The notes below the pieces were generated by a model, which ran no database searches, had not been told where the DNA came from, and worked only from the letters and a program-made list of their open reading frames with translations. The translations under genes and the position numbers were made by a program. From NCBI RefSeq assembly GCF_009914755.1, contig NC_060945.1: a DNA stretch of 64,000 bases; one strand, 5' to 3'. The first letter of the stretch is position 1. Each line of letters opens with the position of its first letter. Shown here one piece after another: positions 1-14,385 of the stretch. This stretch comes from the human T2T-CHM13v2.0 reference genome, Homo sapiens.

Positions 1-165
1 GCAACAGATTCCAATCAAAAAGAAATTTATGGAATACCAGGAAAATAATTCAAAATATTGATAGTAAGGAAGTTCAATAGCATACAGGAGAATGCTGAAA
101 AATACAAAGGAATTTAAAAAGCAATTCAGGATAAGAATGAGAAATTTGATCCAAGAGATGGATAT

Positions 166-552
166 TGTATTGGTCCTTTCTCACGCTGCTAATAAAGACA
201 TACCCAAGACTGGGTGATTTATAAAGGAAAGAGGTTTAACTGAAAGAGGTTTAATTGACTCATAGTTCAGCATGGCTGAGGAGGCCTCAAGAAACTTACA
301 ATCATGGCAGAAGGTGAAGCAAACACATTCTTCTTCACACAGAGGCAGGAAGAAGTGCTCAGCAAAGGGGGAAAAGCCCCTCATAAAAACATCAGATCTT
401 GTGAGGACTCACTCACTATCACGAGAACAGCATGGGGGTCACTGCCCCCACGATTCAATTACCTCCCACCAGGTCCCGCCCAAGACATGTAAGGATTATG
501 GGAACTACAATTGAAGATGAGATTTGGGTGCAGACATAGCCGAACCTTACCA
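166..552 (-). mobile_element. THE1 (C/D-like) solo LTR inserted in L1 ORF1
   Basis: THE1 LTR sequence; degenerate TSD gatat (161-165) / ggtat (553-557); small internal duplication of aaagaggtttaa. Confidence 0.85.
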
Positions 553-3027
553 GGTATCATAAAGAAGAGCCAAACAGAAATTCTGTAACTGAAAAATTCA
601 TTGAATGAAATACAAAACAAATTCAAAAGCTTCAATAATAACTAGAGAAGCCAAAGGAAAAAAATCTCAAAACTTGAAGGCAGACCATTTGAAATAACCC
701 AGAGAGACAAAGATTAAAAAAAAAAAAAAAAAGAATTAAAAAGAATCAGCAAAGGCTTTGTAACATATAGGACATCATAAATCAAATATTCAAATTTTTG
801 GTGTCCCAGAAGGTAAAGAAAAAGCAAACAGAAACTTATTTAACAATAGATGAAAACTTCCCAAGTCTAGAAAGAGATTTAGACATCTAGATACAAGAGT
901 CTCAATGATCCCCAAATAGATAAAATTCAAAAAGATCCTCTCCACAGTACATTACAGTCAAACTGTCAAAAGTCAAATACAAAGAGAAAAATTTAGAAAC
1001 AGCAAAAGAAAAGCATCTAGTCACCCACAAAGGAACCCTCATCAGACTAACGGATTTCTCAGCAGAAACCTTACAAGCCAGGAGAGAATGTGATGATACA
1101 TTCAAAGTGCTGAAAGAGAAAAAAAACTGCCATTCAAGGATACTATTTGCAGCAAAAGTATCCTTTATAAATAAAGGACAGATGAAGTATTTCTTGGACA
1201 AGCAAAAGCTGAGGGAATTCATCACCACTAGACCAGTCCTGTAAAAAATGCTTAAGGAAGTCCTACACCCAGAAGTGAAAGAACAGTAACTATAATCATG
1301 AAAACATATGAAAATATAAAAACCACTGGTAGAGCAAACACAGAAAAAAAGAAAAAACTTAAATGTTACCACTACAGATCACCACCAAACCACAATAATA
1401 AACAACAAGAGAGAAAGAATGAAACAAAGGATATACAAAACAATCAGAAATCAAGTAATAAAATGACAGAGGTAAACCTCACATATCAATAATAGCCTTG
1501 AATGTAAATGGATTAAATTTTCCACTCAAAAGATACAGACTGGCTCAATGAATTAAAAAAAAAAAAAAAAAAAACATGACCCAACTACATGCTGCCTACA
1601 CAAAATTCATCTCACCTGTAAAGACACATATAGACTAAAATAAAGGGACAAGAAAAGATATCCCATGCAAATGGAAACAAAAAGCAAGCAGGGGTAGCTT
1701 TATTTATGTCAGATAAAACAGATTTTAAGTCAAAAACTGTAAAAAGAGACAAAAGAAGGTCATTATATAATGATAAAAGTATCAATTCAGCAAAAGGATA
1801 TAACAATTCCAAACATATATGCACCCAACGCCAGAGCACCCAACACCAGAGCACTAGATAAAGCAAGTACTATTAGATCTAAAGGGAGAGACAGAATGCA
1901 ATACAATAATAGTTGAAGACTTCAACACCCCACTCTCGGCATTGGATCACTCAGACAAAAAATTAACAAAGAAATATTGGATTGAAACTGCACATTAGAC
2001 CAAATAAGCCTAGCAGACGTTACAGAACTATTTCATACAACAGTTACAGAACACACATTCTTCTCATTAGCACACAGAACATTCTCCAAGATAGACCACA
2101 TGTTAGGACACAAAACAAGCAACAACAAATTTTTAAAAATCAAAATCATTCAAGTATCTTTTCAGGCCACAGTGGAATGTAACTCAAAATCAATAACAAG
2201 AGGAACTTTGGAAACTACGAATGCATGAAAATTAAACAATATGCTCCTGACTGACCACTGAGCCAAGAAAGAAATTAAGGAGGAAATTTTTAAAAAGTCT
2301 TGAAAACAAATGAAAACTGAAAAACATACCAAAACCAAATGGGATACAGCAAAAGCAATGCTAAGATGGAAGTTTATAGTAACAAATGCCTACATCAGAA
2401 AAAGTAGAATGATTTCAAATAAATAATCTAGCAGTGCACCTCGAGGTACTGGAAAAACAAAAACCAACCAAACCCAAAATTAGTAGAAAGAAACAAGTAA
2501 TAAAGATCAGAGAAAAAAAAAACCACAAAGGATCAACGAAATAAAAAGTTGTTTTTTTGACAAGATAAAATTGATAAAGCACTTCCTAGACTAACCAAGA
2601 GAAGACACAAACAAAATCAGAAATTAAAAAGGAGACATTACAACTGATACCATGGAAATACAAAAGATCACCAGAGACTATTATGAACAACTATACACTA
2701 ACTACCTAGAAAACCTAGAGGAAATGGATAAATTCCTACACACATACAATCTACTAGATTGAATCAGGAAGAAATAGAATACCTGAACAGAGCAATAACA
2801 AGAAATGAAATTGAATCAGTAATAAAAAGTCTCCCAGTGAAGTCCAAGACTGGATGGCTTCACTACCAAACTTCTACCAAACTTTCAAAGAATTAACACC
2901 AATTCTCCTAAAACTATTCCAAAAAATTGAAGAGAAAGGGATTCTCCCTAAATCACTCTATGAAGTCAGCATTATCCTGATAGTAAAACCAGACACGGAT
3001 GCAACAAAAAAAGAAAAGTATATGCTA

Positions 3028-3348
<321 letters not shown>

Positions 3349-6300
3349 TTATAGGCTAACATTCCTAATGAATATAGACTTAGAAATTCTCAGCAAAATA
3401 CTAGCAAACTAAATCCAACGGCACATCAGAAAAATAACACATCATTATCAAATGGAACTTAACTTATCCCAGGGATTCAAGGATGGTTCAACATATGCAA
3501 ATCAATAAACATGATACATTACATCAACAGAACAAACGACAAAACCATATGATCATTCAACAGATGCTAAAAAAGCATTTGGTAAAATTCAACATCCTTT
3601 TATGATAAAAACCTTAAAAAAACTAAGGATAGAAGGAATATACCTCAACAAAATAAAGGCCACGTGTGACAAATCCACAGCTAACATCATACTAAATGAG
3701 AAATGCTGAAATCCTTTCAGCCAAGAACTGCAACAAGACAAGATGCCCACTTTCACCACTCCTATCCAACATAGTACTGGAAGACCTAGCCAGAGCAATC
3801 AGACAAGATAAATAAATAAAAGGCAGCAAAATTGGAAAAGAAGAAGTCAAACTGTCCTTCTTTGCTAAAGATATGATCTTCTACCTAGAAAAATCTAGAG
3901 TCCACCAAAAAACTGTTAGAACTGATAAATCCAGTGAAGCTGCAGGATACAAAATCAATATACAAAAATCAACAGTGTTTCTATACACCAACAATGAACA
4001 AGCTGAGAAAGAAATAAAGAATGAAGTCGCATTTACAACAGCTACCAAAAAATTAAAATACCTAGGAATAAATTTATCCTAGGAGGCGAAAGATCTCTAC
4101 AAGGAAAATGACAAAACACAGAAGAAAGAAATTAAACAGGACATAAACAAAAAGACATCCCATGTTCAAAGACTGGAAGAATTAATAGCCTCAAAATAAT
4201 CATACTGCCCAAAGCCATCTACAGATTCAACGCAATCTCTATCAAAATACCAATGTCATTTTTCACAGAAATTGAAAAAAAATCTTAAAATTTGCATGGA
4301 ACCAAAAGAATCCAAATAGCCAATGCAATTGTGAGCAAAAAAAAAGAAAAAAGAAAAGAAAAAGAAAAAAGCAAGAGGCATCATATTACCTGACTTCAAA
4401 ACAGATTACAAAGCTTTAGTAACCGAAACAGCATGGTACTGGTATAAAAACAGACACACACACCAATGGAACAGAATCCAGAATCTAGAAATAAATCCAC
4501 GTATTTACAACAGAGGTGCAAGAATATACCTTGGGGGAAGGACAGTCTCTTTGATAAATGGTGCTGGGAAAATTGGATATCCATATGCAGAAGAATGAAA
4601 TTCGATCCCTATCTCTCACCAAATATTTAAAAAGCAACTCAAGATGGATTGAAGCTTAAATGTTAGACCCAAAACTAAAAACTACTAGAAGAAAATATAG
4701 GGAATACACTTCAGGACATTTGGTACAGGCAAATATTTTATAGCTAAGACCTTGAAAGCACAGACAACAAACAAAAATAGACAAATGAGACTATATTGAA
4801 CTAAAAACCTTCTGCACAGCAAAAGAAACAACAGAATGAAGAGACAATGTGCTGAATGGGAGAAACTATTTGCAAACTATTCCTCTGACAAGGGGATCTA
4901 TCTAAAAGGAACTCAAACAACTCAAATAAAAGAACAAATAATCCCATTAAAAAGTGAGCAAAAGATTTGAACAGATATTCCTCAAAATAAGCCATACAAA
5001 TGGTCAATAAGTATACAAAAAAAAACCACTAATCATCAGGGAAATGCAAACTGAAATCACAATGAGATATCATCTTACCCAGTTAGAATGGCTATCACTA
5101 AAAAGACAAAAAACAGATGCTGGCGAGGATGTGGAGAAAAGGGAACTTTTACACATTGTTGATAGGCATGTAAATTAGAATAGCCACTACAGAAAACAGT
5201 ATGGAGATTTCTCAAGAAACTAGAAATAGAACTACCACGTGATCTAGCAATTCCACTTCTGGATATTTATCCAAAGGAAAAGTAATCAATATATCAAAGG
5301 GATACCCCCATGTTTATTGCAGCACTGTTCCTAATAGACAAGAGACAAAATCAACCTACAAATGTCTGTCAACAGGTGAATGGATAAAGAAAATGTGGTA
5401 TATATACACAGTGGAATACTGTTCAGGCTTAGAAAAGAATGAAATTATGTCATTTGCAGCAACATGGATAGAACTGCAGGTCATTAAGCGAAATAAGCCA
5501 GACACAGAAAGACAAATTTTGCATGTTCTCACTCATATGTGGAAACTAAAAAGTGGATCTCATGAAGGTTGAGAGTAGAGTGACTGATAGCAGAGGCTGG
5601 GAAGGGTCTGTGGGTTGAAGTGGGGATGAGAGAGGTTGGTCAATACAAACACAGTCAGATAGAAGGTGTAAGTACTAATGTTTGAGAGTAGAGTAGGGTG
5701 ATGATAGTTAACAACAATGTATACTGTATTTCAAAGTAGCTAGAAGTATGTGAAATGTTCTCAATACATATAAATAATACTCAAGGTGATGGATACTCCA
5801 AATACCCTGACTTGATCAGCCTGATCAGTATATATTCTATGTGTGCAATAAAATATCACATATCACCCCATAAATATATAAAATATTATATATAAAAAAG
5901 CCTGAGAACAGAATGAAGGGAAGAATAAAGGAAGAGAAGGATGATGGAAGGGGAGGACAGAGAGAAGAAAAGAGAAAGAAAAAGAAACATTTGCCAAAGT
6001 CCTTCCCATATCTCCTGGTCAACTGAACTCGTGTTCTCCCAGACCCATGAACTCGGCAATAGGGTTCAGCAACTTCTGCCTACCCACCCTAACCCTTACT
6101 GACACATCCACTCCGATTCCTGGCTCTACCAGGATCCTCATGGCCTGGGCTCACATCCTGCTCTGCCACTTGCTCCCTGGGTGAATCAGCACTGACCTGG
6201 CAGGGCTGGCAAGTTAATGCATGGAAAGTGCTCACAATAGGGCTCAACACAGAGGAAGCACTGAGAACTGCTCACGATCACCACCATCACCTCATCAAGT

Positions 6301-8723
6301 ACTTTGTACTGTCTGAATCTAGTTCATTTAAGTCTTGCCTTCTCGGCAAATTTCAAGTTCTGTCACACAGTATGCAAGGTGGTAACCCTCACAGATCCAA
6401 ACCAGTGCTGTGTACACTCCCAGCTGACATTGCACCTGAACACATACCACTGTGGTGAGCAGGGTTGGCTGGACCCATTGAGATGTGCCTGCATCACAGT
6501 GAGGCCTAATGCACGTGAAATGCCTGGAGTTTCCCAGTCAAGTAGGAGTTGCTGTCCATACCCTGCATCAGGGACTATGTTCATGGGGTGTGCCAGCCCA
6601 GGCTGTCTGTCAATGCGTGCTCCCACACTGTCTAGTAGACTAAGATCTGATATCAGGTAAATTCTAAAAATAAATAATGCCAAACATATCTTCGAAATAA
6701 GCTACATGTCATCTGCCGCAGCACACTCAGCCAAGCAATAAAATCTACTTGGTTTTCCTCTGCTCTTTGCAGATCCTTTTCCTTTAAGCTAAAGAAATAG
6801 GTGCCTTGAGCATCAAACTGTAATTTTAAAATATCCTGAAAGCCACAGATGTTCTCAACTACAATCTAAGTAGTCATTCAAATCATGCCTTGTACACTGC
6901 TATTTGTTCCAAGTGACCAGCGAGCATTTTTAAAAATCTCTTATTTCTGTCAAGTTCTTCATAAATCTTTTTGGCCTTTCATGGTGTTGTTTCTTCTGAC
7001 GGCAGCTGCCCTTGCCCTACACCGACATCTGATCATTTCTCTCAGATGATTACAGTACCCACCAGCTCTTACATATAAATGTCAATGTGTGTTACTCTGG
7101 AAACAACATGAAGGACATCTCTACAATTACTTCTCTGCAGTAAAGAAGAAAAAATTAAATGGGCCAAGAAAAACATCCCATTGAATTTTTTAAAACTAGT
7201 TTTATAAACCAACTGTATTAGTCCATTTTCACGTTGCTGATAAAGACATATCTAAGACTGGGAAGAAAAAGAGGTTTAATGGACTTACAGTTTCACATGG
7301 CTAGGGAGGCCTCACAATCATGGTGGAAGGTAAGGAGGAACAAGTCACATCTTACATGGATGGCGGCAGGCAAAGAGAGAGCTTGTGCATGGAAGTTTCC
7401 ATTTTTAAAACCATCAGATCTCATAAGACTTATTCACTATCACGAGAACAGCACAGGAAAGATTCACCCCCATGATTCAATTATCTCCCACCAGGTCCCT
7501 CCCAGAACACATGGGAACTGTGGGAACTACAAGATGAGATTTGAGTGGGGACACAGAGCCAAACCATATCATTCAGCCCCTGGCCCCTCCCAAATCTCAT
7601 GTCTTCACATTTCAAAACCAATAATACCTTCCCAACAGTCCCCTAAAGTCTTAACTCATTCAGCATTAACTCAAAAGTCACAATCCAAACTCTCATCTGA
7701 GACAAGGCAAGTCCCTTCTGCCTATGAGCCTATAAAATCAAAAGTAAGGTAGTTACTTCCTAGATACAATGGGGATACAGGAATTGGGTAAATATAGCCA
7801 TTCTGAATGGGAGAAATTGGCCAAAACAGAGGGGCTACAGGCCCCATGCGAGTCCAAAATCCAGCAGGGCAGTCAAATCTTAAAGTTCCAAAACAATCTC
7901 CTTTGATTCCATGTCTCACATCCAGGTCACGCTGATGTAAGAGGTGGGCTCCCATGGCCTTGGGTAGCTCCACCCCTGTGGCTTTGCAAGGTATAGCCCC
8001 TCTCCTGGCTGCTTTCATGGGCTGGCATTGAGGGTCTTCGGCTTTTCCAGGTGCACGGTGCAAGCTGTCAGCGGATCTACCATTCTGGGGTCTGGAGGAC
8101 GGTGGCCCTCTTCTCACAGCTCCCCTAGGTGGTGCCCCAGTAGGGACTCTGTGTGGGGGCTCCAACCCCACATTTCCTTTCTGCACTGCCCTAGCAGAGG
8201 TTCTCCATGAGAGCCCCATCCCTGCAGTAAACTTCTGCCTAGACAACCAGGCATTTCCATACATCCTCTAAACTCTTGGCAGAGGTTCCCAAAACCCAAT
8301 TTTTGACTTCTGTGCACTGACAGGCTCAATACCACATGGAAGCTCCCAAGGCTTGAGGCTTGCACCTTCTGAAGCAGGACCTGAGCACTATGTTGGCCCC
8401 TTTCAGCCATGGTTGGAGTGACAGGGACACAGGGCACCAAGTCCCTAGGCTGCACAAAGCACAGGGACCCTGGGCCTGGCCCATGAAACCACTTTTTCCT
8501 CCTAGGCCTCTAGGCCTATGATGGGATGGGCTGCCACAAAAGTCTGTGACATGGCTGGAGACATTTTCTCCACTGTCTTAGGGCTTAACATTCAGCTCCT
8601 TGTTACTTATGCAAATTTCTTTAGCCAGTCTGAATTTCTCCTCAGAAAACAGGATTTTCTTTTCAATCGCATTGTCAGGCTGCAAATTTTCCAAACCACT
8701 TCCCTTATAAAACTGAATGCCTT

Positions 8724-9745
<1,022 letters not shown>

Positions 9746-11771
9746 AAAACTGAATGCCTTTAACAGCACCCAGGTTATCTCTTGAATTCTTTGCTGCTTA
9801 GAAATTTCTTCCACCAGTTACCCTAAATCATCTCTCTCAAGTTCAAAGTTCCACAGACCTCTAAGGCAGGGGCAAAATGCCACCAGTCTCTTTACTAAAA
9901 CATAACATGACAAGAGTCACCTTTGCTCCAGTTCCCAACAAGTTCTTCATCTCTGTCTGAGACCACCTCAGCCTGGACTTTATTGTCCATATCATTATCA
10001 GCATTTTGGTCAAAGCCATTCACCAAGTCTCTAGGAAGTTCCACACTTTCCCTCATTTTCCTCTCTTCTTCTGAGCCCTCCAAACTGTTCCAACATCTGC
10101 CTGTAACCCAGTTCCAAAGTCACTTCCACATTTTTGGGTATCTTTTCCGCACAACCCACTCCTGGTACCAATTTACTGTATTAGTCCATTTTCACGCTGC
10201 TGATAAAGACATATCCAAGACTGGGAAGAAAAAGAGGTTTAATAGACTTACAGTTCCACATGGGTGGGAAGGCCTCACAATCATGGCAGGAGGTAAGGAG
10301 GAGCAAGTCACATCTTACATGAATGGCAGCAGGCAAAGAGAGATCTTGTGCAGGGAAACTCCCATTTTTAAAACCGTCAGACCTCGTGAGACTTATTCAC
10401 TATCATGAGAACAGCACAGGAAAGATTCATCCCCATGATTCAATAATCTCCCACCGGTTCCCTCCCACAACACATGGGAATTATGGGAGCTACAAGATGA
10501 GATATGGGGAGGGGGGGGGGACACAGGGCCAAACCATATCACCAACCAAAACTAATTATCTGATTCTCTAACCAAGGAGAGTTATTGAGCTTTAAACATT
10601 AAAACAGATCAGATTCACATTTAATATTGCCATAGGAACCTTTGTATTAAAGTAGCAATTTGAGTACATTTAGTGCTATCATATAAGAACAATACTTTCA
10701 TAGGTGATGTTTACTTCTGCCCTTTTTATGAGTGACCCTCACCCAAGTGCAGTGGTCTTACTGCTGCCATCTGCAATGAGGGGAACGAGTTCTGGAGGGT
10801 TCAATGCCTTGCCCTGTCTTATCTAAAAGGGCTGACAAACAGTGAAACTAACACAAAAAGGCAACATGCCTGTGGAAATTGACAACAATCCTTGACACAC
10901 AAGCATGGGAAATGGGAGGGCAGGTGTGCTTTCAGCCTGTTCTTGGAGAACATTTAAACTATAAAAAGGGCCTTTGATAAAAACAGATCAATTTCAAGGC
11001 AAATCGACAAAAGTACTGACCATAAGATCCGTTAAGTTACAATTAGAACATAATTTGATTGTTAAAATCATATCTATTAAGATATGCTTATGTAAAACAA
11101 AAGAATCCCTTCCCTGGAGAAAAATTATCTAGCTAATTCTTAAAAAACAATTTAGAGATTACAAAAAGAATTCCAGCCAAACTTCTCAAAAAAAAAAAAA
11201 AAAAAAAAAGAATAGGTAGCTGCCATTGTGTGGAACTAAGGAGAATGAAGAGAACAAGTAATAATAAACTGAAAAGTCCTCCACAGAAGAAAACTTCTCT
11301 CCACCAAAATCAAATATTCATCAAGAATCTGCTAAACAAAAAAAAACCATCCAGAAGAAAACTGGTCTCTCCCTCAATAATTCAATATGGCAGAAGAGAG
11401 TGTGGGCTGGCAGCTGTTCCTCCCTTGCTGTGAAAACTGCCTATCCCTTCCACAGAGTCCTGCCCTATGACCAACATCTGAAATGGAAACAGCCCAGGAG
11501 GTCTCCAGGGCACTACCCTTTCACCAGAGTACCAGAACTCACAGAAACCCAAAGTTTGCTCTCCCCTTCAAGGCACTCAGCTGTGTGTGTGATGAGGTGT
11601 TATGTCTTCATCCTCAAAATACTGTCATTGTTCAGAACATTTTTGGAACTCCTCCTAGAATTACCTTCAATCTGTGAGCCACACACAAACATCAGTGTTA
11701 CCATCTGAGATTCTGACGCCACCTCCCAATCAGGATTCTAAGACTGAGAGTGTCTTAAAAGTCACGTTGGT

Positions 11772-12066
11772 GGCCAGGTGTGGTGACTCATGCCTGTAAT
11801 CCCAGCGCTTTGGGAGGCCAGGAGGTCAGGAGTTCGAGACCAGCCTGGCCAACATGCTGAAACCCTGTCTCTACTAAAAATACAAAAAAATTTGCTGGGC
11901 ATGGTGACACATGCCTATAGTCCTAACTACTCAGGAGGCTGAGGCAGCAGAATCACTTCAACCCAGGAGGTGGAGGTTGCAGTGAGCCGAGATCGCACCA
12001 CTGCACTCCAGCCTGGGCAACAGAGTGAGACTCCGTCTCAAAAAAATAAATAAAATAAAAAATAAA
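11772..12066 (+). mobile_element. AluS with a short left-arm deletion
   Basis: Alu dimer; degenerate TSD aaaagtca(c/t)g(t/c)tgg. Confidence 0.9.
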
Positions 12067-12229
12067 AGTCATGCTGGCTACTGTGAGCTTCATTTATGAG
12101 CCACTAATGATGGTGAAGAGACCAAGTGGCTCCCCCAAGCCCCACTCACACAGCTGGGCCCTCTCACCCGCCCGCCTGTAGGCTTACCTGCCCAGCTCAG
12201 TAGCACAGGACAGTCCCCAGCTGCATGTG

Positions 12230-12810
12230 GAAACACTGTTTCCATTTAGCCCTGGAGGACACTGCATCTTCCCGGCTTTCCTCCGACCTCACCTGGCTGT
12301 TCTGTGCTCCCTCATCATCTTCATCTGCACTGAAAATGCTGGCCCCACAGCTTCATCCTCAGCCCTATATCACTCCCTCAGCAATGCAGTCCCCTACCAT
12401 GGCTACAAATACCTTCTACACTATGATGATTCCCAGCACCAGCTGTTCCTCTGGCCCCGACTCCTAACATTCCCTTCTTATCCTCTCCAGCGACACTGGC
12501 CTTTAGTCACTCCTACAATACTCCTTTGCCCATAGCTGCCTCAGACCCTTCCCCTGCCACCCTTGGCCTGTGATGCTCTGCTCAAAGATCTCAGCACAGG
12601 CTGTCCTTCGCTTCCTTCAGGTATCCACTCAAATACCCAAAAGAGCAGCTCCGCCCAACACTCTCTAGCCTGCTCCTCATGCCACTCCATTTTTATTTGC
12701 ATTACTATATGATATATGCCATTATATTTGTTTACTATCAAGTCTCCTCACCTGAATATAAGTTCCATAGGGAAAGAACTCTGTCTTGCTCACTCCTGAG
12801 CCTGACAACT
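12230..12810 (+). mobile_element. L2 3' fragments
   Basis: Resembles the L2 3' end (…ataagttccatagggaaagaactctgtcttgctcac…). Confidence 0.55.
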
Positions 12811-13103
12811 ATAACAAATGGGGCTGGTCCACTCCCTGCATTCTGACCCACCCGAGTGCTGGGAGCTCAACAACAATGGTAATAAACAGGCCGGCCCACT
12901 CCCTGCAGACTAACTCTCATGAGTGTACTCCAAGCTGAAGCGCACCCTCCCACGGCACCATCCCCAGCCAGGGCAGGTTCAGCACGCTGGCTCGGCAGCA
13001 TTGTCTGAAGAGGGGACACAAAGCTCCCTCACTGTATTCTGTGGAAGACAAAAAAGAAACACAACTGCTCTCTTACCAAGTCCTTACTTTCTTACCTAGT
13101 TAG

Positions 13104-13436
<333 letters not shown>

Positions 13437-14154
13437 TGAAACAGTTTCAGAAGGTACAACTATGACTCTATTTGTAATATTCACCATGGGATACAGAAGA
13501 AGGAATGATCAGACTTGAGGACGTGAAATCTGGAAAGGCCCTCTGGAAGGTGGTTTCAAGCTGGATTTTGAAGGTATAGGAACATAAAGTATCTACCCAT
13601 TTAAATGATTATGAGATGGAGTCATAAAACTTTATATAGTAGGCTATTTTATATTTCTGACTTTTTTCTTTCCAAAAAGATGCTATTCCCTCAACCTTCA
13701 CAGTAAATTACAACTCCCTTATAATGGAATGTAACATCTTGGCTTCTTCCATTAGCTCATCTGTTTCTCAATTACACTCTGGCAACAGATTCCTCACTTC
13801 TCTCTTTCCAAAATCGCTTCTCAACTTTTTCAACATGATACTGTAGACAACAGATCACACACAGAGGAGAAGTGGAAAAGGTGTTACTTGGCCCAGCCAG
13901 GAATTTGCTCCTTTTCTAAAATATACTTGCATGGCAGATGGGTCAGCTCTGATACATATGCAGAGCCTGAATCACAACCAGATTAGTCCCACTTCCACAC
14001 ATGTCAAAATACATTAAAATAAGCAGATGTCAGTAACCATAACAGAAATACCACTGGCAAACAGAATTCTCAGAATTCCTCATCTATTAAAATGAAGGCA
14101 ACACATAATTTTTACGTTTCAAATTAAACGTAGGTTTAATTTATAAATTCGGCA

Positions 14155-14385
14155 TGGCACAGGAGAAAACACACAAGCTGAGGTAGAGGGTTTATAGTCA
14201 GGGGCCAGGATATGAATGCCAAATGGGGTACTGCCTAACTGACTGGCCTTGGCAAGTAAATCTTTCACATTCTCTGAGCCTGTTTCCTTGTCAATATAAT
14301 ACAAAGTACATCCATCTCAAAGAGTTTTATACAGCACATTGTATAATACATGTAAAACAAGTACAAATGTAATAATAACTATTAG
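14155..14385 (+). mobile_element. MIR
   Basis: MIR core-like ccttggcaagt...ctctgagcctgtttcctt. Confidence 0.6.

Noticed and set aside
7722-8455. THE1 internal ORFs
   Set aside because: Fragments of the MaLR internal region, broken by stops and by the retrocopy insertion.
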